This document shows positions 32,440-44,462 of a stretch of DNA of 64,000 nucleotides, one piece after another; within the stretch, counting starts at the first letter, position 1; each line of letters begins with the position of its first letter. Source of the stretch: Rickettsiales bacterium (GTDB taxonomy: Bacteria > Pseudomonadota > Alphaproteobacteria > Rickettsiales > SXRF01). The DNA lies in contig JANRLL010000009.1 of NCBI GenBank assembly GCA_033762715.1, forward strand, positions 1,662 through 65,661, written 5' to 3'. Below the pieces are notes generated by a model. It was given only the letters and a program-made list of their open reading frames with translations, did no database searches and had not been told where the DNA came from. The translations under genes were made by a program, and so were the position numbers.

Positions 32440-33231
32440 TTACGCTGCTGATAATTCTTTTTTACGGACGCGCTCACGCTTGAGCAGCTCGCTGGCTAAT
32501 TGGATATATGCCTTCGATCCGGCGCAATGCATGTCGTAAATCAAAGCGGGTTTGCCATGGGATGGCGCTTCCGACATACGTACGTTACGGGGGATAACCG
32601 AGCTATATACTTTCTCCCCGAAATAGCCGCGTACTTCATTTTCAATTTGCTCAGTGAAGCGATTGCGACGGTCATACATGGTGAGTACGATACCTTGAAT
32701 ATCGAGTTCGGGGTTCAAATTGGTTTTGACCAGCTCAACGGTACGCATCAAATGGCTTAAGCCTTCGAGCGCGTAGAATTCACATTGCAGCGGGATCAAA
32801 ACACCATGCGATGCCACCAAGGCATTTAGCGTTAAAAGCCCCAGTGACGGCGGGCAATCGATCAATACATAATCGTATTTCATGGGGGCGTTATCGAGGG
32901 CATTTTTCAATCGATATTCACGGCGCATCAAGCTTACTAGTTCAATTTCAGCACCCGATAAATCGATGGTCGAAGGGACGATATGCAGTTGCGGCACGGC
33001 TGTTTTTTGAATGGCATCGGCGATTGGGGTATCCCCTAAAATCACATCGTATGAGGTCAAGTTACGTTGGCTGTTTTCAATTCCTAGCCCGGTGCTGGCA
33101 TTGCCTTGGGGATCAAAATCAATGATCAATACATTTTTTCTGACCGCGGCTAATGCGGTAGCTAAATTTACGGTTGTTGTGGTTTTACCAACGCCACCTT
33201 TTTGATTAACGATGGATAGGATTCTTGTCAT
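32440..33231 (-). CDS. parA: chromosome partitioning ATPase ParA
   Basis: [17 protein letters not shown]. Confidence 0.96.
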   Translation of the reverse strand: MTRILSIVNQKGGVGKTTTTVNLATALAAVRKNVLIIDFDPQGNASTGLGIENSQRNLTSYDVILGDTPIADAIQKTAVPQLHIVPSTIDLSGAEIELVSLMRREYRLKNALDNAPMKYDYVLIDCPPSLGLLTLNALVASHGVLIPLQCEFYALEGLSHLMRTVELVKTNLNPELDIQGIVLTMYDRRNRFTEQIENEVRGYFGEKVYSSVIPRNVRMSEAPSHGKPALIYDMHCAGSKAYIQLASELLKRERVRKKELSAA

Positions 33232-33853
33232 GCGATGCCCTCTTCTGGATGTTAGAAAGCTTGAGGATTACGGCCTCTGGATCAGTAATGCTGGGCAAAA
33301 TGACATGTTCAAATGACCAATGTTGCTTTGCATTATCTAATTCATTAGCGTAATTTTTTCCTTTGGGGAAGAGGCAAATTGTTTCACGTGAAACGAACGC
33401 TTCACTATAAACAAGTAAGCGGTCGAGATCGGCCAGGGCCCTGGCACAGACCATATCGGCCACCGGTAATGCCTGTGCTTCGATTCGGCCGTGATGTAGG
33501 GTGACTGGGCTTTTAGTGATGCGCGACACTTCTTGTAAAAAGGCAATTTTTTTAGCATCGCTTTCGATGCAATGAATATTTTTATACCCACATATAGCCA
33601 ATACCAAAGCCGGAAAGCCGGCCCCACTACCCATATCAACAATAGTCATTTCACGATTAGATATATGTTGGGTGAGCTGAAGCGAATCCAAAAAATGACG
33701 GGTCCATACATCTGGAATGGTGTCATTACTAATAAGATTTATTTTTGCCTGCCATTTTAATAACAGGTCACAATAGAGTTTTAATCGATCAAACGTTTCA
33801 CGTGAAACATCGATTCGTTCATTGAGTAATTGATAAATGGAATCAGGCTGCAT
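33206..33853 (-). CDS. rsmG: 16S rRNA m7G527 methyltransferase
   Basis: [15 protein letters not shown]; ATG at 33853 preferred. Confidence 0.93.
   Translation of the reverse strand: MQPDSIYQLLNERIDVSRETFDRLKLYCDLLLKWQAKINLISNDTIPDVWTRHFLDSLQLTQHISNREMTIVDMGSGAGFPALVLAICGYKNIHCIESDAKKIAFLQEVSRITKSPVTLHHGRIEAQALPVADMVCARALADLDRLLVYSEAFVSRETICLFPKGKNYANELDNAKQHWSFEHVILPSITDPEAVILKLSNIQKRASHDKNPIHR
33380..33395. promoter_or_regulatory. parS site
   Basis: TGTTTCACGTGAAACG. Confidence 0.9.
33794..33809. promoter_or_regulatory. parS site
   Basis: CGTTTCACGTGAAACA. Confidence 0.9.
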
Positions 33854-35723
33854 CCAAACGCAGGGCTTTTTTGATGTGAGCCATGAGGGCGGTAATAGCC
33901 GCCGGGGTAACACCCGATATACGGCTGGCGGCACCAATGGTGGCAGGCCGTACTGTTTTTAATTTGGTTTTAATTTCGGTTGAAAGCGATGGTAGGCCAT
34001 CATAGTCAAGATCATCAGGAATCACCATGCCCTCTTCTTTTTTGAAGCTCGCAATATCTAATTCTTGGCGATGTAAATAGCCGGCATATTGGGCGTCGAT
34101 TTCCAATTGTTCACGGATGCTACCGGTGATGGTGTGAAGCTCCGGCCAAATCCGACAGAGATCATTAAACTGGACGGTGTCATATTTTAATAGGTCAAAA
34201 GCAGAACGACGAACACCATCTTGGTTGATGATGATGTCATGCTGTTTGGCTTGGTTTGGGGTAATGGTTAACTGGTTCATTGTTTCACGTGAAACAGTCA
34301 ACGCTTGTTGTTTGGTTTCAAAATGCTTCTGGCGGATGCTTTGTACGACACCTACTTTAATCCCGCGTTGGGTCAATCGTAGGTCTGCATTATCTGCTCG
34401 TAGACTCAATCGATATTCAGCTCGCGACGTGAACATACGGTAGGGCTCACTGGTGCCCAGTGTGATCAAGTCATCAATCATCACGCCGATATAACCCTCG
34501 GAGCGATCAATAATAAATGGCTCGGCGCCGCTTGCAGCCAAGGCCGCATTGGTGCCAGCGACAATCCCCTGCCCGCCTGCTTCTTCATAGCCAGTGGTGC
34601 CGTTGATTTGACCGGCGAAATACAGACCTTTGATCTGCTTGGTTTCTAAGGTTGGCTTCAATTCACGTGGGTCGACGAAATCATATTCGATGGCATAGCC
34701 TGGGCGAATAATGCGTACCTGCTCCAGGCCATGAATGGTGCGGATAAAATCCTCTTGGACATCTTGTGGCAAGGAGGTTGAAATGCCGTTTGGATAAACG
34801 GTGTCATCATCCAGCCCTTCCGGCTCAAGAAAAATTTGATGCTGCGCTTTATGGGCAAACCGCACCACCTTATCTTCGATCGACGGGCAATAGCGTGGGC
34901 CGGTTGATTCAATCTGTCCCGAATACATCGGCGCGCGGTGTAAATTGGCGTGGATAATCTCATGGGTAGCCTGGCTGGTATGGGTGATGTAGCAGGCGAT
35001 TTGCGGTACGGTGACGGCAGTCGTTAGATAGGAAAATGGGTTGGGCGGGTTATCGCCTGGCTGTGGCTCAAGGCTCGCCCAATCAATGGTTTTGCCGTCT
35101 AGCCGCGCGGGTGTGCCGGTTTTCAGGCGGCCAACCATAAAATTCAGTCTTTTTAGGGTGTTAGACAGGCCAATCGAGGGAGCTTCCCCTACCCGTCCGG
35201 CGCGGATTTTAGTCTCGCCCATATGCATCAGGCCATTGAGAAAGGTGCCGGTGGTCAGCACCACTTTGGGCGCGCTGATACTCTTGCCCGATTGGGTGAT
35301 AATGCCGGTGATTTCTTGGGTATCGCTTACCAGCAAATCTTCGACCGAATCTTCGATAATGGTGAGCTGCTCATACTCAGATAAAATATCTTGCACCGCC
35401 TGGCGGTAGAGCTTGCGGTCAGCCTGGGCGCGTGGGCCACGAACGGCGGGGCCTTTGCTGCCATTGAGCATGCGATAATGGATACCGGCGCGGTCAATGG
35501 CGCGTCCCATCACTCCGTCAAGCGCGTCGATTTCTTTGACCAACGTACCTTTAGCAATGCCGCCAATAGCCGGATTGCACGACATCTCACCGATGGTAGC
35601 TTGTTTTTGCGTCACTAACGCCGTGCGCGCCCCTACCCTGGCTGCGGCTGCTGCGGCCTCTGTGCCGGCGTGTCCGCCGCCGATGACAATCACGTCAAAT
35701 GCTAACACCTGACTATTTCCCAA
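33843..35723 (-). CDS. mnmG: tRNA uridine-5-carboxymethylaminomethyl synthesis enzyme MnmG (GidA)
   Basis: [26 protein letters not shown]. Confidence 0.97.
   Translation of the reverse strand: MGNSQVLAFDVIVIGGGHAGTEAAAAAARVGARTALVTQKQATIGEMSCNPAIGGIAKGTLVKEIDALDGVMGRAIDRAGIHYRMLNGSKGPAVRGPRAQADRKLYRQAVQDILSEYEQLTIIEDSVEDLLVSDTQEITGIITQSGKSISAPKVVLTTGTFLNGLMHMGETKIRAGRVGEAPSIGLSNTLKRLNFMVGRLKTGTPARLDGKTIDWASLEPQPGDNPPNPFSYLTTAVTVPQIACYITHTSQATHEIIHANLHRAPMYSGQIESTGPRYCPSIEDKVVRFAHKAQHQIFLEPEGLDDDTVYPNGISTSLPQDVQEDFIRTIHGLEQVRIIRPGYAIEYDFVDPRELKPTLETKQIKGLYFAGQINGTTGYEEAGGQGIVAGTNAALAASGAEPFIIDRSEGYIGVMIDDLITLGTSEPYRMFTSRAEYRLSLRADNADLRLTQRGIKVGVVQSIRQKHFETKQQALTVSRETMNQLTITPNQAKQHDIIINQDGVRRSAFDLLKYDTVQFNDLCRIWPELHTITGSIREQLEIDAQYAGYLHRQELDIASFKKEEGMVIPDDLDYDGLPSLSTEIKTKLKTVRPATIGAASRISGVTPAAITALMAHIKKALRLDAA
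34281..34296. promoter_or_regulatory. parS site (perfect consensus)
   Basis: TGTTTCACGTGAAACA. Confidence 0.92.
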
Positions 35724-37044
35724 TGCAAAATTGTTTGAAGATCACGTCCAATACATCATCCACGCTGATTTTGCCAGTAATTTTATCCACAGCCTGGGCA
35801 GAAATCCTGAGTTCCTCACAGGATAATTCCAGCGGCGCCTTGGCGTCAAAGCGCTTGAGATGGGTCAGCGCCTCTTGCAGCAAGGCACGGTGGCGGTGGC
35901 GGGTGATGACGGGCGCATGGCCACTGAAACGCTTGATAATCTGGGCTTCTATTGCCGCAAGCAAGGCGTCAATCCCCTCGCCGCTTTTGGTCGAAATCAC
36001 GAGCGCGCCGGACGGCAAAGAGGCCTTGGGCATGACATCGCTTTTATTGATAATGACCAGGCTGCGCTCATCCATCAGCGCCTGGGTGCTGGCATCGAGC
36101 GCGGGTAGCAGGCTGCCGTCAAACACGATGAGGCGAATATCGGCGTCTTCGGCCTGTAATAACGCGCGGCGGATCCCCTCTTCTTCAATGTCATCGCCGC
36201 TTTCACGTAAGCCTGCCGTATCAGTTAGAATCACCGGATAGCCCGCGATATGCAGATGCACCTCGATCACGTCGCGCGTGGTGCCGGCGCGCTGCGATAC
36301 GATGGCGGCGTCGCGCTTGGCCAGGCGGTTGAGCAAGCTGGACTTGCCGGCATTGGGCGCGCCCAAGATGACCACCCGCATGCCGCTTCTGAGCCGCTCA
36401 CCGGCCTGATGATCGGAAAGCGCTTGGTCGATGGTTGCGATTGCAGCATTGACCTCCTCAGTCAAATTATCAAATACCGACTGCGGAATCTCCTCATCGG
36501 GAAAATCAATATAGGCTTCCATATGCGCAAGCACCGTGATGATCTGGGTGCGCAGCTGCGTGTAATAGCGGCTAAGATCGCCGTGCATCTGGCGCAGCGC
36601 CTGGTCTTTTTGCTTAGGGGTTTCCGCCTCGATCAGATCGGCCAATCCTTCGGCTTCGATCAGATCCATTTTGCCATTCAAAAAGGCGCGGCGGGTGAAT
36701 TCGCCGGGCTCTGCCGGCCGCAAGCCATTTATCTGGCTGAGAGCGGCAAGCAGCTCCTGGTAAATGGCCAGGCTGCCGTGGGTGTGAAACTCCACCACAT
36801 CCTCGCCGGTGAAGCTCTTGGGGCCCTGGAAAAACAGCACCAGCGCCTGGTCGATTATGGCTTTGCTTTGCGGATGGCGCAGGCTACATAAGCTCGCCCG
36901 GTTGGGCGCCAACTTGGTCTTGCCGGTGAGGGCGTGCAGCGCTGCTGTGGCCTGCCCGCCTGACACACGGATGACAGCCACGCCCGATTTAGCAGGGGCG
37001 GTAGCTAACGCAAATATGGTGTCGCGCGGTAGGTCAGGGGTCAT
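35713..37044 (-). CDS. mnmE: tRNA modification GTPase MnmE
   Basis: [22 protein letters not shown], terminal FCIGK; ATG at 37044. Confidence 0.96.
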   Translation of the reverse strand: MTPDLPRDTIFALATAPAKSGVAVIRVSGGQATAALHALTGKTKLAPNRASLCSLRHPQSKAIIDQALVLFFQGPKSFTGEDVVEFHTHGSLAIYQELLAALSQINGLRPAEPGEFTRRAFLNGKMDLIEAEGLADLIEAETPKQKDQALRQMHGDLSRYYTQLRTQIITVLAHMEAYIDFPDEEIPQSVFDNLTEEVNAAIATIDQALSDHQAGERLRSGMRVVILGAPNAGKSSLLNRLAKRDAAIVSQRAGTTRDVIEVHLHIAGYPVILTDTAGLRESGDDIEEEGIRRALLQAEDADIRLIVFDGSLLPALDASTQALMDERSLVIINKSDVMPKASLPSGALVISTKSGEGIDALLAAIEAQIIKRFSGHAPVITRHRHRALLQEALTHLKRFDAKAPLELSCEELRISAQAVDKITGKISVDDVLDVIFKQFCIGK

Positions 37045-37108
37045 GGAAATTCTTTGTATGTCGCCCAAAAACGCTTTAATACAGTAGGAAACTCCATAGC
37101 GAGAGAAT

Positions 37109-38092
37109 ATGCCATACGCAATCAGAATCACGCAGCCTGGCGGGCCAGCACAGCTTGCTTATGACGCCATTGAGCTTACCGAGCCTAAAGCAGGCGAGGT
37201 ATTGCTCAAGCAAACGGCCATTGGTGTTAATTATATTGATGTGTATCACCGCACCGGACTCTATCCGCAGCCTAGCTATCCGGCCGGTATTGGGCTGGAA
37301 GGAGCGGGTATTATTGAGGCGGTGGGCGAGGGGGTGACCCGTTTTAAAGTGGGCGACCGCGTGGCCTATTGCGGCGGGCCGATTGGCGGCTATGCCACGC
37401 ACCGCGTGATGGCGGCTAAACATTTGGTGGCGCTGCCGGCTGGGATTGAGGATGACATTGCCGCCTCCATCATGCTCAAAGGCCTGACCGTGCAATATCT
37501 GCTGCGCCGCACGGCTTCGCTACAAGCAGGACAAACCGTGCTCATGCATGCGGCGGCCGGTGGGGTGGGGTTGCTATTTTGCCAATGGGCCAAGCATCTG
37601 GGCATCACGGTGATTGGCACCGTCGGCAGTGAGGAAAAAGCCGCCATTGCCAAAGCATATGGCTGTACTCATACCATCTTGTATCGTAAGGAAAATTTCG
37701 CCAAAAAAGTCAAAGACATCACCCAGGGCAAAGGGGTGGATGTGGTCTATGATTCGGTGGGCAAAGATACGGCGCTGGACTCACTCGATTGCTTGAAACC
37801 GTTTGGGCTGCTGGTGAGTTTCGGCCAATCGTCAGGGCCGATTCCGCCGCTCGATTTATCCCTGCTGTCGCAAAAAGGCTCGCTCTACATCACCCGCCCA
37901 ACCTTGATGCATCATCTGCAGGATGACGCCTGGTATCAAAGCGCGTCGCAGGAATTATTCGCGCTGGTGGAGCAGGGGGTGCTGACGCCTAAAATCGCCG
38001 CACATTATCCGCTGGAGCAGGCTGCAAGCGCACATCAGGCGCTGGAAAGCCGCCAGACGAGCGGCGCGCTCGTGCTTACCGTGGCTATTTAA
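37109..38092 (+). CDS. qor: NADPH:quinone oxidoreductase
   Basis: GVNYID, AAAGGVG, KGSLYITRP. Confidence 0.9.
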   Translation: MPYAIRITQPGGPAQLAYDAIELTEPKAGEVLLKQTAIGVNYIDVYHRTGLYPQPSYPAGIGLEGAGIIEAVGEGVTRFKVGDRVAYCGGPIGGYATHRVMAAKHLVALPAGIEDDIAASIMLKGLTVQYLLRRTASLQAGQTVLMHAAAGGVGLLFCQWAKHLGITVIGTVGSEEKAAIAKAYGCTHTILYRKENFAKKVKDITQGKGVDVVYDSVGKDTALDSLDCLKPFGLLVSFGQSSGPIPPLDLSLLSQKGSLYITRPTLMHHLQDDAWYQSASQELFALVEQGVLTPKIAAHYPLEQAASAHQALESRQTSGALVLTVAI

Positions 38093-39656
38093 GGAAAGCC
38101 GCTTCAATCAGCGTTTTGGTATAGTCGGTTTTGGGCTGGGTGAAGATGCTATTCGTGTCGGCATATTCCACCAGCTCGCCGCCACGCAGCACGGCGATAT
38201 GATGCGAAATGGCGCGCACCACGCGCAGATCATGGCTGATAAACATATAGCTAAGCCCGTAGCGCTGCTGGAAGCTTTTGAGCAGCTCGATAATTTGCGA
38301 CTGAATGGTGAGATCCAGCGCCGAGGTCGGCTCGTCGAGCACCACGAATTTGGGCTTGAGCACCATAGCGCGGGCGATGGAAATACGCTGGCGCTGGCCG
38401 CCGGAAAACTCATGCGGGTAGCGCTCTAGGATATTGCTGGGCATGCCGACTTCTTCCAGGATGCGCTCGATTTCTTCCAAGCGCTGGCCTGGCCGCAACT
38501 CAGGGTAATGCAACGCGAGGCCTTCATCGATAATTTGGCGGATGGTCATGCGCGGATTCAAGCTGGCATAGGGATCTTGAAACACCATCTGCATGCGGTT
38601 GCGCAGTCCTCGCAAGGCCTGGCCGCGCAGTTGCTCTGTCGACTCACCCAAAAACACGATCTTGCCGTCGCTTTTAATCAGCCGCAGCAGGGCAAAGCCC
38701 AGGGTGGTTTTACCGGAACCGGATTCACCCACTACGCCCAGCGTTGACGATTCCGCTATCGAAATTGATAGCTCTTTGACTGCCTTTACTTCGCCATGCA
38801 CCCGCCGCAATATGCCTTTTCTGATGGGAAAATAAACCTTTAGCTTGTCGCAGCTAATAACGGGTTTGGCATCGAGCGGAGCCGGAGCTGGGGAACCTTT
38901 GGGTTCGCTTGCCAATAAATGCTGGGTGTAGGGATGGGCAGGGGCGGTAAAGACTTGCTTCACGGGGCCTTGCTCCACCACTTCGCCTTTGGACATCACC
39001 ACCACCTTATCGGCCAGGCGGCGCACCACGGTTAAATCATGAGTGATAAACAGTACCGCCATGCCCATCGAAAGCTGCAGCTCTTTGATGAGCTTTAGGA
39101 TCTTAGCCTGGATAGTGACATCCACCGCCGTGGTCGGTTCATCGGCAATGAGCAGATCGGGCTTGTTGGCAATGGCCATCGCAATCATCACGCGCTGACG
39201 CTCGCCGCCTGAGAGCTGGTGCGGATAGGCGTCCAGCCGGTCTTTGAAATGGGCCAGCCCCACCTGTTCGAGCAGCTCCAGCAGGCGTGTATGAATCTGC
39301 GCATCGCTGAGTTTTTGGTCGTGGAACATCTCGCTGATTTGCCGGCGGACGGTGTGAAGCGGGTTGAGCGCTGTCATCGGTTCCTGGAAAATCATGCCCA
39401 CGCGCTTGCCGCGAATGGCTTTGATCATGTGCGGGGAGGCTTTAAGCAGGTCGCCGCCTTCAAACAGCACCTGACCTTGCAGGCGGGCTTCGTGCGGCTG
39501 TAGCTGGAGGCAGGAAAGGGCGGTGAGCGATTTGCCGGAACCGGATTCGCCGACGAGCGCTACCATCTCGCCGCGGGCGATGGAAAAGGACACGCCCTTG
39601 ACCGCTTCGGTGCCAGGAAAGGTGACATGCAGGTTATCAATGGCAAGCAGCGTCAT
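38085..39656 (-). CDS. yejF: peptide ABC transporter ATP-binding protein (two ABC domains)
   Basis: Two GESGSGK motifs, plus LSGGE and FSGGQ. Confidence 0.88.
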   Translation of the reverse strand: MTLLAIDNLHVTFPGTEAVKGVSFSIARGEMVALVGESGSGKSLTALSCLQLQPHEARLQGQVLFEGGDLLKASPHMIKAIRGKRVGMIFQEPMTALNPLHTVRRQISEMFHDQKLSDAQIHTRLLELLEQVGLAHFKDRLDAYPHQLSGGERQRVMIAMAIANKPDLLIADEPTTAVDVTIQAKILKLIKELQLSMGMAVLFITHDLTVVRRLADKVVVMSKGEVVEQGPVKQVFTAPAHPYTQHLLASEPKGSPAPAPLDAKPVISCDKLKVYFPIRKGILRRVHGEVKAVKELSISIAESSTLGVVGESGSGKTTLGFALLRLIKSDGKIVFLGESTEQLRGQALRGLRNRMQMVFQDPYASLNPRMTIRQIIDEGLALHYPELRPGQRLEEIERILEEVGMPSNILERYPHEFSGGQRQRISIARAMVLKPKFVVLDEPTSALDLTIQSQIIELLKSFQQRYGLSYMFISHDLRVVRAISHHIAVLRGGELVEYADTNSIFTQPKTDYTKTLIEAAFLK

Positions 39657-40672
39657 GCCGGACCTCGCCGTGGATCAAAGGCTTCGCGCACCGCATCGCT
39701 GATAAAGACGATCAGCACCAGCATTAAAGAGCTCACCAAAAAGCCTGTAATGCCCAGCCACGGGGCTTGCAGATTTTGTTTGCCTTGCAGTAAGAGCTCA
39801 CCCAGTGACGGGGAGCCTGGCGGCAGGCCGAAGCCCAGAAAATCAAGCGAGGTCAGCACGGTGATGCTGCCGGCCATGATAAAGGGAATCACCGTCATGG
39901 AGGAAACCAAGGCGTTGGGCAGCACGTGGCGCAGCATGATTTTTCCTTCGCTGACACCTAGCGCACGCGCGGCTTTCACATAGTCAAAATTGCGGGCGCG
40001 CAAGCATTCCGCCCGTACCAGACCGGAGAGCGACATCCAGGAAAACAGCAGCAAAATGCCTAGCAGCCAGCCGAAATTCGGGGTGATGATGCTGGCTAAA
40101 ATGATCAGCACAAACAGCTCCGGCAGATTGCTCCAGATTTCGATAATGCGCTGGAAGATGAGATCGACCAAACCGCCAAAATAGCCCTGGATAGCACCGG
40201 CTAGGATGCCGATGATGGAGCTTAGAATGGTGAGCGACAAGCCAAAGAGGATCGAGATACGAAAGCCGTAAATCAAGCGCGCCAACACATCGCGGCCTTG
40301 GTCATCGGTGCCCAGCCAGTTTTCCCCGGAAGGCGGCGAGGGGGCGGGTGTGGGGCTGTCGTAATTGATGGTGGAATAATCATAGCGGATGGGCGGCCAG
40401 ATCATCCAGCCATGTGCCTTGATTTCCTCTGCCACATGCGGGTCGCGGTAAATGGCTTCGCTTTTAAAATCCCCGCCAAACGCCTGTTCGCTATAGATGG
40501 TGACAACCGGCCAGTAATAGCTATCTTTATATTTGATTAACAATGGCTTGTCATTAGCGATGCCCTCGGCAAATAGGGTGCCTAGGAATATGAATAAAAA
40601 GATCCACAGCGACCAAAAGCCGCGTTTATTGGCACGGAAAATCTGCAGGCGGCGCTGGGTCAGTGGGCTCAT
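39653..40672 (-). CDS. yejE: peptide ABC transporter permease
   Basis: NKRGFWSL, LGTDDQGRDVLARLIYGFR. Confidence 0.9.
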   Translation of the reverse strand: MSPLTQRRLQIFRANKRGFWSLWIFLFIFLGTLFAEGIANDKPLLIKYKDSYYWPVVTIYSEQAFGGDFKSEAIYRDPHVAEEIKAHGWMIWPPIRYDYSTINYDSPTPAPSPPSGENWLGTDDQGRDVLARLIYGFRISILFGLSLTILSSIIGILAGAIQGYFGGLVDLIFQRIIEIWSNLPELFVLIILASIITPNFGWLLGILLLFSWMSLSGLVRAECLRARNFDYVKAARALGVSEGKIMLRHVLPNALVSSMTVIPFIMAGSITVLTSLDFLGFGLPPGSPSLGELLLQGKQNLQAPWLGITGFLVSSLMLVLIVFISDAVREAFDPRRGPA

Positions 40673-41541
40673 GCGTGATGCTCCCCAAACCAGCTGAGGC
40701 TGCGCGCCAATACATCATCCCACACACGCAACAGCGCATGGTTGGCGTCACTATAGAGATGCAGATTATGCGGTTTTTTCTGCTTGGTGAGTGCATCGGC
40801 CAGCTGGAGCGAATGCTGCGCCGGCACCACATCATCGCTCTGGCTATGCAGCAGGTAAAGCGGGGCGGAAATCTGCTCAGGCCAGTAAACCGGCGAGCGG
40901 GCTTTAAGCATCGCTTCGCGATCGGCGCTTAACTCTGGAATGAGGCGGTGATAGAGCGCATCGACCGCCGCATTTTGCTCGGCTGCCTGCCATAGATCGG
41001 TGAGGCTAGCTAAGATAATGGCGGCGCTTAGTTGTGCGCCGTGCTTCATGGCCAGGCACGTCATCATGCCCCCGCGCGAATGGCCCAGCATGAAAATATT
41101 TTTGCCGTCCCAGGCTGGATTCTGTTTGGCCGCCTCGATCAGCTGTAACACATCCTGTACATCCTCGCCGCCGAAATCCTCGCTGCCTTCGCCGCCATCG
41201 GCGCCGCGATAGTTGCTGGCATAGACCAGGAATCCCGCGCGGGCAAAGGGCGCCATCGAGCGCAACACCGAGATGACGGTGAGCTTGCCATATTCATGGC
41301 TGCCGCCGCGGTTATAAATCAGGATCGGATGGGATTGTTTTTGGATAGTAGCTGGCAGGGCGGAAAGCCCCGTTACCCGCAGGCCTTGGCTGTCATAGGT
41401 GATGCGCGAGGTGATGACATCGAGTGCGGCATATTCAGCGAGCATTTTGCTGTAAGCGGCTTCCGGCAGGGGTGACGGAAACACTTTGGCCTCGGTTAAA
41501 TGCGCGAGCGTATGCGGTATGAAAGGGGTGGATTCGATCAT
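40669..41541 (-). CDS. alpha/beta-hydrolase, S9 (prolyl oligopeptidase-like) peptidase
   Basis: YNRGG, NYRG, GHSRGG nucleophile, DDVVP and NH. Confidence 0.85.
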   Translation of the reverse strand: MIESTPFIPHTLAHLTEAKVFPSPLPEAAYSKMLAEYAALDVITSRITYDSQGLRVTGLSALPATIQKQSHPILIYNRGGSHEYGKLTVISVLRSMAPFARAGFLVYASNYRGADGGEGSEDFGGEDVQDVLQLIEAAKQNPAWDGKNIFMLGHSRGGMMTCLAMKHGAQLSAAIILASLTDLWQAAEQNAAVDALYHRLIPELSADREAMLKARSPVYWPEQISAPLYLLHSQSDDVVPAQHSLQLADALTKQKKPHNLHLYSDANHALLRVWDDVLARSLSWFGEHHA

Positions 41542-42644
41542 ACATCCCTCCGCTCAAAATCAATGCGCGGATCAATGATGGCATAGAGTATATCGCCCAC
41601 CAGATTGAAGATCAGCCCCAGCAAGGTGAAGATATAGAGCGTGCCAAACATCAGCGGATAGTCGCGGTTCATGATTGCTTCGTAGCCCAGCAAACCCAGG
41701 CCATTGAGCGAAAAGATAATCTCAATCAGCAAGGCGCTGGTAAAAAGCACGCTCAGGAAAGCGCCTGGAAAACCGGCGATGATAATAAGCATAGCGTTGC
41801 GAAACACATGGCCATACAGCACCTGGGGTTCGCTTAAGCCTTTGGCGCGCGCGGTCAGCACATATTGCTTGTGAATTTCATCCAGGAAGTAATGCTTGGT
41901 AAGCAAGGTGAGTCGGGCAAAACTGCCGATAGTCAGAGCGGTAATGGGCAGGGCCATATGCCAAAAATAATCACCAATCTTGCCCCAGAAACTAAGCGTT
42001 TCCCAGTTATCGGAGGTGAGGCCTTTGAGCGGAAACCAGTTGAAATAATTGCCACCGGAAAACAGCACAATCAGCAAAATCGCGAATAAGAAACCCGGAA
42101 TCGCATAGCCTAAAATAATGATGCTGCTGCTCCAGGTATCGAAGCGGCTGCCATGCTGCACCGCTTTGCGGATACCCAGTGGAATCGAGATCAAATAGCT
42201 AATCAGCATGGTCCACAGTCCCAGTGAAATCGTCACCGGCAGGGTGTTGGCAATCAGCGTTGTCACTCGCTCATTACGGAAAAAACTTTCGCCAAAATCA
42301 AAGCGCAGATAATTGCCCATCATATCCAAAAAGCGCTGCAAAGGCGGCTTGTCGAAGCCATACATCGCCTTGATGCGCTCGACGATTTCAGGATCCAGTC
42401 CGCGTCCGCCGCGATAGATGGAATTCACATCGCCCACTTTGATCTCGGCCTTGCTGGCTAAATCCGAGCCGCCACTGCCGCTGATGCGCGAGGTGGCATC
42501 AACCGAGGTAATATCCGTAAGTCTAGCGACCATGCGCTCCACCGGCCCGCCAGGTGCAGCCTGGATGATCAGGAAGTTCAGCGCCATGATGCCTACCAGC
42601 GTAGGGATCATTAGCAATAAACGTCTTAGGATATAGGCGGTCAT
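41538..42644 (-). CDS. yejB: peptide ABC transporter permease
   Basis: [27 protein letters not shown]. Confidence 0.9.
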   Translation of the reverse strand: MTAYILRRLLLMIPTLVGIMALNFLIIQAAPGGPVERMVARLTDITSVDATSRISGSGGSDLASKAEIKVGDVNSIYRGGRGLDPEIVERIKAMYGFDKPPLQRFLDMMGNYLRFDFGESFFRNERVTTLIANTLPVTISLGLWTMLISYLISIPLGIRKAVQHGSRFDTWSSSIIILGYAIPGFLFAILLIVLFSGGNYFNWFPLKGLTSDNWETLSFWGKIGDYFWHMALPITALTIGSFARLTLLTKHYFLDEIHKQYVLTARAKGLSEPQVLYGHVFRNAMLIIIAGFPGAFLSVLFTSALLIEIIFSLNGLGLLGYEAIMNRDYPLMFGTLYIFTLLGLIFNLVGDILYAIIDPRIDFERRDV

Positions 42645-42647
42645 GCC

Positions 42648-44462
42648 TTAAGGTTTAGCGACTTCCTTAGAATTTGCAGCATCTTTTATCCACCAGGTCT
42701 GCAAACCCAGATTATATTTAGGCGTGATGGCGGGAATGCCAAATTTATTTTGGTACGCCACGCGAAACCCGTTGGAGTGCCAATGCGGAATGGCGTAGTG
42801 CCGCCAAAGCAATACGCGGTCCAGCGCGCGGCCAGCGGCGATCATGGATTCTTTATCGGTGCCGGTGGTAAGCACGGAAAGCAGATGGTCAATCAGCGGA
42901 TCTTCGGTGCCGACTAAATTAGGGCTGCCTTTGACCTTGGCTTGCGAGCTGTGCCACAGCGCCATCTGCTCATTGCCGGGAAAAAACACGCCGCGATTGA
43001 TCCAGATGCTCACCACATCGAAATCAAATTCATCGGTGCGTTTTTGGTATTGCGAATCATCGACCATGCGGATGGAGGAGTTAATGCCCAAACGCTCCAG
43101 GTTTTTGCGCATGGGGCCAATGACGCGCTCCATAGTGGGTTGGCGCAGCATGAATTCGATTGCAAGCGGCTGGCCTTTGCTGCCAACCAATTTGCCGTCT
43201 TTGATCACCCAGCCAGCCTGCTCAAGCAGCGCTTGGGCACGCAGCAAATTCTCACGTGGATTACCGGAGCCGTCGGTAACTGGTGGCGAAAATTCTTTTT
43301 CAAACAGCTCTTTGGGTAGACTGTTGCGGTAAGGCTCCAGCAAGGCGAGTTCCTTGCCGGTGGGCACGCCTTTGGCTTGGAATTGTGTATGCTCGAAATA
43401 GCTGCGGTTGCGCGTATAGGCGCCGTAGAAAATGGTTTTATTCAGCCATTCGTAATCGAGCGCCAGAGCAATGGCTTCACGCACGCGCGCATCGGCGAAT
43501 TTTTCCTGACGCGTGTTAAAAATAAAGGCCTGCATGCCTTGCGGGATTTCATGCGCGATCTCGCGCTTGATGATTTTGCCTTCGCGGATGGCAGGAATAT
43601 CGTAGGCCTTGGCCCAGTTGCGCGCGATATATTCCTGGCGGAAATCATATTCACCGGCTTTGAGCGCCTCCAGCGCCACATTCTCATCGCGGTACATATC
43701 GTAGCGCAGCGTGTCGAAATTATATTGGCCGCGATTCACCGCTAGATCTTTGCCCCAATAGTTGGGGTCGCGCTTATAGATAATGAAGCGTCCTTGCTCA
43801 AGCATATCTACCTTGTAAGGCCCGCTACCCAGCGGCGGCGTTAAGGTGGTTTTGGTGAATTCATTAGCGGTATAATAGGCTTTGGAAATCACCGGTATGG
43901 CGGCTACGATTTGCGGCAATTCGCGATTTTTTGCGTCGCTGAAGGTAAATTTAACGCGGCGCGCATCGAGTTTTTCACATCCAGCCACCGAGGCGAAGCG
44001 GATTTTAAACGTAGGATCCCCCTTATCGCGCAGGGTATAGAATGAAAACACCACATCATCGGCGGTAACGGACGTGCCATCCTGCCATTTGGCTTGCGGG
44101 CGCAGGGTGAAAATCACCGAGCTGTTATCAGCCGCCACCCCGGCGCTTTCGGCCAGCAACCCATACATGGATTGCGGCTCGTCTTGCGAGGCGACCATCA
44201 GCGTTTCAAATAAGATCTCAACAAACGGCGCTTTGAGGCCGTTTAGGATAAAGGGATTGAGATTGTCGTATGAGCCGGTTTCGGCCAGCTTCATGGTGCC
44301 GCCTTTGGGCGCATTCGGATTCACATACTCAAAATGCGCGAAGCCTGCCTTGTATTTGCATTCACCATAAAGCGCCAGGCAATGGGTGGGTTGTGCCAGG
44401 CTTATCGAAGGTAGGAATGCGGCCGCTACCAGCGCAGCCAAACCAAGGAAGCGGCGCGCCAT
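42648..44462 (-). CDS. yejA: peptide ABC transporter substrate-binding protein
   Basis: YVNPNAPKGG, PPLGSGPY, RALDRVL; ATG at 44462 coupled to the SPFH stop. Confidence 0.88.
   Translation of the reverse strand: MARRFLGLAALVAAAFLPSISLAQPTHCLALYGECKYKAGFAHFEYVNPNAPKGGTMKLAETGSYDNLNPFILNGLKAPFVEILFETLMVASQDEPQSMYGLLAESAGVAADNSSVIFTLRPQAKWQDGTSVTADDVVFSFYTLRDKGDPTFKIRFASVAGCEKLDARRVKFTFSDAKNRELPQIVAAIPVISKAYYTANEFTKTTLTPPLGSGPYKVDMLEQGRFIIYKRDPNYWGKDLAVNRGQYNFDTLRYDMYRDENVALEALKAGEYDFRQEYIARNWAKAYDIPAIREGKIIKREIAHEIPQGMQAFIFNTRQEKFADARVREAIALALDYEWLNKTIFYGAYTRNRSYFEHTQFQAKGVPTGKELALLEPYRNSLPKELFEKEFSPPVTDGSGNPRENLLRAQALLEQAGWVIKDGKLVGSKGQPLAIEFMLRQPTMERVIGPMRKNLERLGINSSIRMVDDSQYQKRTDEFDFDVVSIWINRGVFFPGNEQMALWHSSQAKVKGSPNLVGTEDPLIDHLLSVLTTGTDKESMIAAGRALDRVLLWRHYAIPHWHSNGFRVAYQNKFGIPAITPKYNLGLQTWWIKDAANSKEVAKP

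Noticed and set aside
33854-33937. N-terminal extensions of rsmG (also mnmE, atpH, int and petA) in the ORF track
   Set aside because: They overlap neighbouring genes or lack an RBS; downstream starts fit the families better.
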